Assembly: GCA_949293815.1 (NCBI GenBank)
Contig: CASFEZ010000018.1
Coordinates: 28,048-92,047, forward strand
Direction: 5' to 3'
Source: an uncultured Eubacteriales bacterium
GTDB taxonomy: Bacteria > Bacillota > Clostridia > Oscillospirales > Acutalibacteraceae
Length of the DNA: 64,000 nucleotides
Of the stretch, positions 29,934 to 37,088 are shown one piece after another (positions within the stretch are counted from its first letter, which is position 1; every line of letters begins with the position of its first letter). The notes under the pieces are model-generated. The model saw nothing but the letters and a program-made list of their open reading frames with translations, searched no databases and was not told the origin of the DNA. A program made the translations under genes and the position numbers.

Positions 29934-29942
29934 ATATACTGT
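29934..29942 (+). promoter_or_regulatory. ATATACTGT box upstream of the element-borne collagen-like gene
   Basis: Same 9-mer as at 28907-28915. Located 30 nt upstream of the ATG at 29973. Confidence 0.25.
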
Positions 29943-29972
29943 GATAAACCATAAAAAGAAAGTTGGGAAAGC

Positions 29973-31016
29973 ATGTCAGATTACAACCATAACCAGCCTT
30001 ATTTCAGTTGTCCCCTTTGCAGCTGTAATTGTCTGGATCGCGTTTTGGGACCGACAGGACCGCAGGGCATCCCGGGACCGCAGGGGACAACGGGTCCAAC
30101 CGGACCGCAAGGAATACAGGGGAGCGACGGACAGCAAGGTCCACAGGGACCAACAGGACCCACCGGTCCCACCGGTCCCACCGGCGCGCAGGGAACAACG
30201 GGACCAACCGGTCCACAGGGGATACCGGGGGTTGACGGTCAGCAGGGCGCTACGGGTCCGACAGGACCGCAGGGCATCCCGGGTATTGACGGGGAACAAG
30301 GTCAGCAGGGACCTACCGGTCCCACCGGGGAGCAAGGTGCTGCCGGACCAACGGGACCGCAGGGTGCACAGGGTATTGCAGGACAGCAGGGACCTACCGG
30401 TCCCACCGGGGCACAGGGTGCTGCCGGACCAACGGGACCGCAGGGTGCACAGGGTATTACAGGTCAGCAGGGTCCTACCGGTCCCACCGGGGCACAGGGT
30501 GCTGCCGGACCAACGGGACCGCAGGGTGCACAGGGTATTGCAGGTCAGCAGGGTCCTACCGGTCCCACCGGGGCACAAGGTGCTACCGGACCAACGGGAC
30601 CGCAGGGCACAATGCCTGATGATTCTTTTGCTTCTTTTATCGATTATCAGATGCAGCTTATGCCGAACAGCCTGATTGTTCTGTTCCCGGATATAACGGA
30701 CACTACCGGCAACATCACCTCCGCCGATTTGACGCATATCAGCCTGGCACCAGGGTATTATCTGATAAGCTATGAAGTCTCAGTGGTGTTTAATTCTGCC
30801 AACTATATGCAGGTAACACCGTTTTACAACGGCGCACCGCACCTGGAAACAGGGATTTATTTTGCAACCCGCACCGATGGCTCCAGCGCCTGCGGATCCG
30901 CTTTTTTCATCCTATACGCGCCCGCTGCGACGGAACTTTCCTTTACCTACTCCGGTTCAGCCGAAGGGCGGGACGGTCAGATCACACTGACCATTTTGAA
31001 ATTGCGCCGAAATTAA
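29973..31016 (+). CDS. Collagen-like exosporium-type protein with BclA/C1q-like C-terminal domain (intact, 347 aa)
   Basis: Short Cys-rich N-domain ([10 protein letters not shown]), 187 aa of GXY, then a ~135-aa beta-rich C-terminal domain ([20 protein letters not shown]...[10 protein letters not shown]). Confidence 0.88.
   Translation: MSDYNHNQPYFSCPLCSCNCLDRVLGPTGPQGIPGPQGTTGPTGPQGIQGSDGQQGPQGPTGPTGPTGPTGAQGTTGPTGPQGIPGVDGQQGATGPTGPQGIPGIDGEQGQQGPTGPTGEQGAAGPTGPQGAQGIAGQQGPTGPTGAQGAAGPTGPQGAQGITGQQGPTGPTGAQGAAGPTGPQGAQGIAGQQGPTGPTGAQGATGPTGPQGTMPDDSFASFIDYQMQLMPNSLIVLFPDITDTTGNITSADLTHISLAPGYYLISYEVSVVFNSANYMQVTPFYNGAPHLETGIYFATRTDGSSACGSAFFILYAPAATELSFTYSGSAEGRDGQITLTILKLRRN
30303..30608 (+). 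repeat. 81-bp tandem repeat, ~3.8 copies, inside the collagen region
   Basis: Unit [25 protein letters not shown](A/T)G. Copies 2 and 3 differ at 2 of 81 nt. Confidence 0.9.
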
Positions 31017-31032
31017 AAAAGAACACCGGTAT

Positions 31033-31077
31033 AAAGCAGACGCCTGCCCCATCGGCGCAGAGGCGTCTGCTTTATTG
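31033..31077 (+). terminator. Intrinsic terminator of the element-borne collagen-like gene
   Basis: AAAGCAGACGCCT-(15-nt loop)-AGGCGTCTGCTTT followed by ATTG. 13-bp perfect stem. Confidence 0.75.
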
Positions 31078-31146
31078 CCCCGTTCTTCATACGGTACAAG
31101 TCGTAGCGCATATTCTGTAGCATGATAATACCGGGAGGGAAAGCAT

Positions 31147-31401
31147 ATGCCAAGCAAAGCGCAGCTTCAACAAATGCAGGGCGTTGATATAACGCAGACA
31201 GACCGCAGCACGTTGGTTGATATTCGCAATATCCATATTGACCTTTCTTTGCCCGCGGCAAAGAAAATGCAAAGCTACTTCGAGCAGATCGGGAATCCCT
31301 ACTGTTTTCTTTGCGGCAGCACACCCGTAAAAATACGGTTCGTAGCAGAAAATAAAACATTGAAGCAATCCCTGTACGACTATTTTTCAAGTCTGAAATA
31401 G
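31147..31401 (+). CDS. Small conserved-looking protein (84 aa) immediately upstream of the serine recombinase; candidate accessory/directionality factor
   Basis: GGGAGGGAAAG RBS. The sequence ...IGNPYCFLCGSTPVKIRF... resembles, from memory, small ORFs often found just upstream of clostridial large serine recombinases. Confidence 0.6.
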   Translation: MPSKAQLQQMQGVDITQTDRSTLVDIRNIHIDLSLPAAKKMQSYFEQIGNPYCFLCGSTPVKIRFVAENKTLKQSLYDYFSSLK

Positions 31402-31482
31402 CCTGCCTGCATCCCCTGCCCTTACAGAAAACCTTGTGATCCTTGGGCAGCAGTCCTGTACTTACAGGGAAAAGGAGGGTTT

Positions 31483-33147
31483 ATGCCCCGCATACGCAAA
31501 GACAAAATGACACAGCATGCGACAGAACCGTTTTGGAAAATCGGACTGTACATTCGACTGTCCAGAGAGGACGAAAACGAAGACAAGAGCGAGAGCATCA
31601 TCAATCAGGAAAAGATACTCCGCGACTTTACAGACAGCTATTTTGAGCCGGGTACTTTTGTCATTGCGGATGTATTTGCCGATGACGGACTGACAGGCAC
31701 CGACACAGCGCGACCAAACTTCAAACGACTGGAGAGCTGCATTGTCCGCAAAGAAATAAACTGCATGATTATCAAATCCCTGGCGCGGGGCTTCCGCAAC
31801 CTGGCTGACCAGCAAAAGTTTTTGGAGGAATTCATCCCCCTGCACGGCGCCAGGTTTATTTGCACCGGCGCACCGTTCATTGATACCTTTGCAAACCCCC
31901 ATTCGGCAGACGGACTGGAGGTACCGATAAGGGGCATGTTCAATGAACAGTTTGCCGCCGCCACCTCTGAAGAAATCCGCAAAACCTTCAAAATGAAACG
32001 GGAGCGCGGCGAGTTCATAGGAGCGTTTGCCCCTTATGGCTACCAAAAAGACCCAAACGACAAAAACAGATTGCTTATCGATGAAGAAGCAGCGGAAGTT
32101 GTCAAAAGTATTTATCATTGGTTTGTCAATGAGGGTTTCAGCAAAATGGGAATTGCGCAAAGGCTTAATCAGATGGGCGTGCCGAATCCCGAAGCCTATA
32201 AAAAGAAAAAGGGATTGAAGTATACCAATCCCAATTCCGATAAAAATGACGGACTGTGGTCTGCGGGCACAGTTGCTAGAATTTTGCAGAACGAAATGTA
32301 TACGGGCGCCATGGTGCAGGGGCGGCACCGGGTTATCAGCTACAAAGTACACAAGCAGATAAGCGTTCCGGAAGAGGAATGGAGCATTGTACCGGGCACA
32401 CAGGAAGCAATTATCGACAGAAAAACCTTTGAAAAAGCCAAAGCTCTGCATCAGCGGGATACAAGAACGGCACCGGGCAAGCAGAAAGTCTATTTATTGT
32501 CCGGCTTTGTTCGCTGTGCGGACTGCCAAAAAGCCATGCGGCGAAAAACCGCGCGCAAAATTGCCTACTATGCCTGCCGCAGTTATACGGACAAAAAGGT
32601 TTGCAGCAAACATACCATCCGGCAGGATGCATTGGAAAACGCGGTTTTGGCAGCGCTGCAAATGCAAATTGCCCTTGCAGATCAGCTTGCAGAAGAAACC
32701 GAACGCATCCGCAGCGCGCCTGTTCGCAATAGGGAAAACAAGCGGCTATCTGATTCGTTAAAACAAACGGAAAAACAGCTGAAACAATACTATGCCGCTT
32801 CCGACAGCCTGTACCTCGATTGGAAAAGCGGCGAAATTACCCAAGACGAATACCGCCGTTTGAAAGACAGGATTGCACAGCAGATACAGCAGCTTGAAGC
32901 GAATATATCTTATCTAAAAGAGGAAATGCAAAGTACGACTGATGATAGCAGAGCCGACAACCCGTATCTGACCGCCTTTTTGCAACACAAAAATATTCAG
33001 AGCCTGAACCGGGGAATTGTAGTTGAACTGATCAATGCGATTTGGGTGCATAAAAACGGGGAAATAACAGTTGATTTCAATTTTGCCGACGAGTACCGGC
33101 AAATGCTGGCGCGCATGAAAAACGAGCAGTGTGATTACTGGGATTAA
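31483..33147 (+). CDS. Large serine recombinase (resolvase/invertase N-domain + recombinase domain + zinc ribbon + coiled coil)
   Basis: 554 aa. Catalytic-Ser region IGLYIRLSREDENED. Recombinase-domain block APYGYQKDPNDKNRLLIDEEAAEVVKSIY. Zn ribbon CADCQKAM...YYACRSY...CSKH. C-terminal coiled-coil region. AAGGAGGG RBS. Confidence 0.92.
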   Translation: MPRIRKDKMTQHATEPFWKIGLYIRLSREDENEDKSESIINQEKILRDFTDSYFEPGTFVIADVFADDGLTGTDTARPNFKRLESCIVRKEINCMIIKSLARGFRNLADQQKFLEEFIPLHGARFICTGAPFIDTFANPHSADGLEVPIRGMFNEQFAAATSEEIRKTFKMKRERGEFIGAFAPYGYQKDPNDKNRLLIDEEAAEVVKSIYHWFVNEGFSKMGIAQRLNQMGVPNPEAYKKKKGLKYTNPNSDKNDGLWSAGTVARILQNEMYTGAMVQGRHRVISYKVHKQISVPEEEWSIVPGTQEAIIDRKTFEKAKALHQRDTRTAPGKQKVYLLSGFVRCADCQKAMRRKTARKIAYYACRSYTDKKVCSKHTIRQDALENAVLAALQMQIALADQLAEETERIRSAPVRNRENKRLSDSLKQTEKQLKQYYAASDSLYLDWKSGEITQDEYRRLKDRIAQQIQQLEANISYLKEEMQSTTDDSRADNPYLTAFLQHKNIQSLNRGIVVELINAIWVHKNGEITVDFNFADEYRQMLARMKNEQCDYWD

Positions 33148-33201
33148 GAACAAGGCAATATAACAGGCTTTCTGCGCACCGCAAAACAAAATCTACGGTT
33201 G

Positions 33202-33208
33202 TGCACAA
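33202..33208 (+). repeat. Right copy of the 7-bp direct repeat TGCACAA (attR core), embedded in the 10-bp palindrome TTGTGCACAA
   Basis: Read in frame as (TG)T GCA CAA in the 3' gene segment. The palindrome spans 33199-33208. Confidence 0.7.
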
Positions 33209-33913
33209 ATACACGGCTCTACCGGTCCCACCGGTCCTACCGGTCCCACCGGTCCTACCGGTCCCGAGGGCGCTGCGGGCGCAACGGGTACTGCCGGCGC
33301 AACAGGTCCCACCGGTCCTACCGGTCCCGAGGGCGCTGCGGGTGCTGCGGGCGCCGAAGGTCCTACCGGTCCTACCGGTCCTACCGGTCCCGAGGGCGCT
33401 GCGGGCGCGACGGGTGCTGCGGGCGCCGAAGGTCCTACCGGTCCAACAGGACCTACCGGTCCAACCGGTCCCACTGGTCCTGCCGGTGCCGGTCTTGTCA
33501 CCAATGCGGTTAACGCTGCCAATGATGCAGCACAAGTGCCGACGGCTGCCGGAAATGCGCTGAACTTCTCGACCTTGAATGTCAACAGAGGAACAGCCAT
33601 TACCCATATCCCCGGCACCGGACAGTTTAATATTCTGGAAAGCGGTCCGTATGAAATCAGCTATGCCAGCACGGCGGCCAAGGCCTGTCCGTCGCAGAAC
33701 GCAACGGCGCTCCTTTCGCTGAAAATCAACGGCACAACCGTCCCCGGTTCCACAGCAAGCTCGTCTATTTCCGGCGACATACCGGCCATATCTCTTTCCA
33801 ATACATCCATTATGGAAATTACCGCACCGGCAACCCTTACGCTGAACGCGGGCAATACCGGCGCGGAGTTCTCCGCATCATCCATCACCATTAAGAAACT
33901 TGCGAATCTGTAA
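33203..33913 (+). pseudogene. 3' segment of the split collagen-like gene (GXY repeats + BclA/C1q-like C-terminal domain; no start codon or RBS of its own)
   Basis: The frame is open from 33164 ([26 protein letters not shown]...). It has 31 GXY triplets (33215-33493) and then a 139-aa C-terminal domain ([37 protein letters not shown]...ITIKKLANL). There is no ATG/GTG/TTG before the Met at 33536, which is only the ORF-track start. Confidence 0.8.
33215..33493 (+). repeat. Collagen GXY triplet repeat DNA of the 3' segment
   Basis: 31 Gly-X-Y triplets. It shares a 28-bp identical stretch (33219-33246) with the 5' segment (29618-29645). Confidence 0.9.
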
Positions 33914-33933
33914 GCAATAAGGAGAGAAACGCC

Positions 33934-35025
33934 ATGGGGAAATACCGTATCTGCGTCTACGCAATATGCAAAAATGAAGAAAAATTCGTGGAACGCTGGA
34001 TTCACTCCATGCGGGAAGCGGACGGCATTTATGTTACGGACACCGGTTCGAGCGATAAAACCGTTGCGCTTTTGCAAAAAGGCGGCGCCATCGTTCAGCA
34101 AAAAACGGTCTCTCCGTGGCGTTTCGATACGGCGCGGAACCTGTCCATGGATGCGGTTCCCGAAGACTATGACATCTGCGTTTGCACCGACTTAGACGAG
34201 GTGTTCCACCCCGGCTGGCGCAGCGCGCTGGAAAAAGCCTGGCAGCCCGGCACCTTGCGGGCGCGGTACCGCTATACCTGGAATTTCAATCCGGACGGCA
34301 GTGAGGGCGTGGTCTTTTTCGCCGATAAAATTCATGCCCGAAAGGGGTTTCGCTGGGTCAATCCCGTACACGAAGTTTTACGGTACGACGGCGGCGCGTA
34401 CCAAACCGTCACCGTGCCCGGCATACAGCTGGACCACCACGCGGACAATACAAAGTCCCGCGCCCAATACCTGCCGTTGTTGGAGCTTGCCGTTCAGGAA
34501 GACCCGCAGAACGACCGCAATACCCACTACCTGGGGCGGGAATATCTGTTCCGCGGCGAATATCAAAAAGCCATCGACATGCTGCTCCGGCACCTTTCGC
34601 TGCCCGCCGCTACCTGGGCGGATGAGCGATGCGCTTCCATGCGCTATATTGCAAAAAGCTATGACGCGATGAATAACGCAGCCGAGGCGGAGCGGTGGTT
34701 CCTGCGCGCCGAAGCGGAAGCGCCCCATTTGCGCGAGCCGTGGACGGACGCGGCACTGTTTTATTATAGGCAAAAGAACTGGCATGCCATGCTGTTCTGC
34801 TGCGAAAAGGCGCTGACCATAAAAAACCGTCCCGATACCTATATTACCGAAGCAGCCAGCTGGGGCGCATTGCCCTATGACCTGAGCGCCATCGGCTATT
34901 ATTATACGGGCGATCAGAAAAGGGCTGCCAAAGCGATAGAGCAGGCGCTTGTCCTGGCACCGCAGGATGCCCGGCTGCAAAAAAACCACCAGCTGATTTT
35001 AAGCGGACAAACGCAGAATACATAA
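33934..35025 (+). CDS. Glycosyltransferase (GT2-like N-domain) fused to TPR repeats
   Basis: ICVYAICKNEEKFVERWIHSMREADGIYVTDTGSSD...CVCTDLDE (DxD-like) in the N-terminal half. The C-terminal half has TPR-like repeats (YLGREYLFRGEYQKAIDML, AIGYYYTGDQKRAAKAIEQAL). AAGGAGAG RBS. Starts 20 nt after the collagen gene 3' segment. Confidence 0.75.
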   Translation: MGKYRICVYAICKNEEKFVERWIHSMREADGIYVTDTGSSDKTVALLQKGGAIVQQKTVSPWRFDTARNLSMDAVPEDYDICVCTDLDEVFHPGWRSALEKAWQPGTLRARYRYTWNFNPDGSEGVVFFADKIHARKGFRWVNPVHEVLRYDGGAYQTVTVPGIQLDHHADNTKSRAQYLPLLELAVQEDPQNDRNTHYLGREYLFRGEYQKAIDMLLRHLSLPAATWADERCASMRYIAKSYDAMNNAAEAERWFLRAEAEAPHLREPWTDAALFYYRQKNWHAMLFCCEKALTIKNRPDTYITEAASWGALPYDLSAIGYYYTGDQKRAAKAIEQALVLAPQDARLQKNHQLILSGQTQNT

Positions 35026-35040
35026 CATAAAACGACCTCA

Positions 35041-35089
35041 GAAAACGCAGCGCCGGGCAAACCGACCATGTCCGTGCCGCTGCGTTTTC
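35041..35089 (+). terminator. Possible terminator hairpin after the glycosyltransferase gene
   Basis: 12-bp stem GAAAACGCAGCG/CGCTGCGTTTTC, but with a 25-nt loop and only a short T tract. Confidence 0.35.
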
Positions 35090-35337
35090 GGCTGCACAAC
35101 AGGGGTTTTATGGGTTTTTCATAGATTTTTCCTGCGGGATTTGTTGATATTTATCCAGTTTTTTTTGAAAAAAATAGTTTACCTTTTCCCTTGAAATGTG
35201 GTATGATAGTATTGGTTCAGAAGATGAGCCGGCCGGTTATTTTTTACATCAAACCGCCCAAGTTTTACATATTTGTTTGTTTCCCGATAAAGCGGGCTAT
35301 ACTATTGTTAAAAAATACCGGTGGAGGAACACGACCT

Positions 35338-36762
35338 ATGGCTGATACACACAAGTTGACCCGCGCGGCCGCAAGTGCGGTGCTTGACAAAGCGCTGAAA
35401 TATATCGACAAAAACCCGGAAGAAAACGTCATTAAACTGGTGGATCGGGCTTCTACGATGATTCGCGGTATGTTTCCGCCCGAAAACTTTGAAAAAATCA
35501 AGGCGGGTATGCGCGACCCCGACAATGTATACCGGCAATACGCGCTGGATATCATACGGGATATCGACAAGCGAATCATAAAAAATATGATTTTGGCGTT
35601 GGGCATCGAAGCCGCTATGTACGGCACCAAAACCGTGCGCGAGAACCGCGAAAAATATGACTGTAACATTCCCTGGTTGATTTTGTTTGACCCCACCAGC
35701 GCCTGCAACTTAAAATGCAAGGGCTGCTGGGCGGCGGAATACGGTCACCAACAGAATTTGACATACGAAGAGATGCAAAGCATCGTTTCGCAGGGCAAAG
35801 CGCTGGGCACCCATTTTTATATGATGACCGGCGGCGAGCCGTTGATTCGCAAAGCGGACATTATCCGCCTGTGCGAGGAAAATCCTGACTGCGCGTTTTT
35901 AGCGTTTACCAACGGCACGCTGGTTGATCAGAAGCTGTGCGACGATATGCTGCGCGTGGGCAATTTCGGTCTGGCGCTGAGCATTGAGGGCACCGAGGAA
36001 AGCAACGATGCCCGCCGCGGCGGCGGCACCTATAGCCGCACCATCGAGGCTATGGAGCTTCTGAAGAAAAACAAATGTCTGTTTGGTATCTCCGTCTGCT
36101 ACACCCGCCAGAATGACGAATATGTCACCAGCGATGCATTCCTGGATTTGATGGTGGAAAAAGGCGTGAAATTCGGCTTTTATTTCAACTATATGCCCGT
36201 AGGGCACGACGCCGATAAAAATTTCATCCCCACCCCCGAGCAGAGAAAATATATGTATGACTGGATCCGCCGGGTGCGCAACGGCAAAACCGGCAAGCGG
36301 ATGTTCATTTTTGATTTCCAGGATGACGGCGAGTATGTGGGCGGCTGTATTGCCGGCGGACGGCGGTATTTCCACATCAACTCTGCCGGAGATATGGAGC
36401 CCTGCGTTTTTATTCACTATTCCGATTCCAATATCCGTACCCACACGATTTTAGAGGCGCTGCGCCGTCCGCTCTTTATGGCGTACTGCAAGGGGCAGCC
36501 CTTTAACGACAACCATCTGCGCCCCTGCCCCATGCTGGAAAACCCGCAGCTTTTGCGCAAAATGGTAAAAGAGACCGGCGCAAAATCCACCGATTTGCTG
36601 GTGGAAGAGGATGTGGACACCCTGTGCGGGCGCTGCGATGAATTTGCGCTGGAATGGGCGCCTGTGGCTGAGGAGCTTTGGAACTCCCGCCCGCATAAAA
36701 AGACCCATACCGAGTATTACCGTGACCGGCACCCTGAAGAATTTACCAACTCCGGAAACTGA
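35338..36762 (+). CDS. Radical SAM protein (474 aa) with N-terminal helical extension and C-terminal Cys-containing auxiliary region
   Basis: CNLKCKGCW (CxxxCxxC) about 120 aa in. GGEPL motif. C-terminal ...GGCIAGGRRYFHINSAGDMEPCVF...RPCPMLENP. Start trimmed to ATG 35338 (GGTGGAGG RBS). Confidence 0.8.
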   Translation: MADTHKLTRAAASAVLDKALKYIDKNPEENVIKLVDRASTMIRGMFPPENFEKIKAGMRDPDNVYRQYALDIIRDIDKRIIKNMILALGIEAAMYGTKTVRENREKYDCNIPWLILFDPTSACNLKCKGCWAAEYGHQQNLTYEEMQSIVSQGKALGTHFYMMTGGEPLIRKADIIRLCEENPDCAFLAFTNGTLVDQKLCDDMLRVGNFGLALSIEGTEESNDARRGGGTYSRTIEAMELLKKNKCLFGISVCYTRQNDEYVTSDAFLDLMVEKGVKFGFYFNYMPVGHDADKNFIPTPEQRKYMYDWIRRVRNGKTGKRMFIFDFQDDGEYVGGCIAGGRRYFHINSAGDMEPCVFIHYSDSNIRTHTILEALRRPLFMAYCKGQPFNDNHLRPCPMLENPQLLRKMVKETGAKSTDLLVEEDVDTLCGRCDEFALEWAPVAEELWNSRPHKKTHTEYYRDRHPEEFTNSGN

Positions 36763-36794
36763 GCTTTCCTTTGAAAATCTTTCTTTTCCCCAAA

Positions 36795-36835
36795 CCAAAA
36801 AGCTCTGCCTAACATGGCGGGCTTTTTGGTTTTTA
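36795..36835 (+). terminator. Intrinsic terminator of the radical SAM gene
   Basis: CCAAAAAGC-(17-nt loop)-GCTTTTTGG followed by TTTTT. Confidence 0.7.
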
Positions 36836-37035
36836 AACCGGAAAAAAATTTTTCCGATTTACTGAGGATTTTTAGACATATCGTTGTTTTATATAATGGA
36901 AGTCTGTTTTTGGGGTGCATTCGACTGTGCGCAAAATACTTCCGCCCGCAAGCCGCGCAAACACCGCTGCCGGTTGTTTGGCGCCGCCGGTTTGCAGCAA
37001 ATGATACCCAATCCGTATGTTCTGATTCTCCTTAC

Positions 37036-37080
37036 AAAAACAGCACGCTCTCCCGAAAAAAGGAGGGCGTGCTGTTTTTT
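37036..37080. terminator. Bidirectional terminator downstream of the sirtuin gene
   Basis: CAGCACGCTCTCC-cgaaaaaa-GGAGGGCGTGCTG, flanked by A5 and T6. Confidence 0.7.
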
Positions 37081-37088
37081 GCTTTTTG

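Larger units (their letters stand above)
29751..33201 (+). mobile_element. Skin-like intervening element (~3451 bp) interrupting the collagen-like gene
   Basis: Bounded by the TGCACAA direct repeats. Carries an intact collagen-like paralog, an 84-aa ORF, and a large serine recombinase gene that ends ~55 bp from the right boundary. Deleting it fuses the flanking gene halves in frame. Confidence 0.7.

Noticed and set aside
30607-30612. A third GCACAA hexamer at the collagen/C-domain boundary of the cargo gene, considered as a possible extra recombination site
   Set aside because: It is only 6 bp, preceded by G rather than T, with no flanking dyad. It is in a different codon phase, so recombination there would be out of frame. 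A hexamer match is expected by chance at this scale.
29177-30737. Multiple overlapping ORFs in other frames and on the minus strand across the collagen repeats (e.g. 29199-29780, 29215-29760, 29941-30675, 29976-30737; likewise 33077-33618)
   Set aside because: GGN-CCN-ACN triplet DNA is open in most frames. Only the GXY frame has an RBS, an N-domain and a folded C-domain. The others translate to Pro/Val/Arg or Arg/Thr/Gly repeats.
29149-33493. Regularly repeated short DNA units that might suggest a CRISPR array
   Set aside because: The repeats are 9-bp coding triplet units (GPT/GPQ codons) with no unique spacers and no nearby cas genes. They are collagen-like coding repeats.
33536-33913. The ORF-track call of an independent 125-aa gene
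   Set aside because: The same frame is open upstream to 33164 and runs through 31 collagen triplets. Met33536 lies in the middle of the C-terminal domain and has no RBS. This is treated as part of the 3' segment of the split gene.
28813-35337. Long N-terminal extensions in the ORF track (28813, 35191; also 20067, 42942, 16956, 19292)
   Set aside because: The extensions lack an RBS, translate to implausible sequence, and in one case (42942) start inside a consensus -35 box. Internal starts with strong Shine-Dalgarno sequences and family-typical N-termini were used instead.
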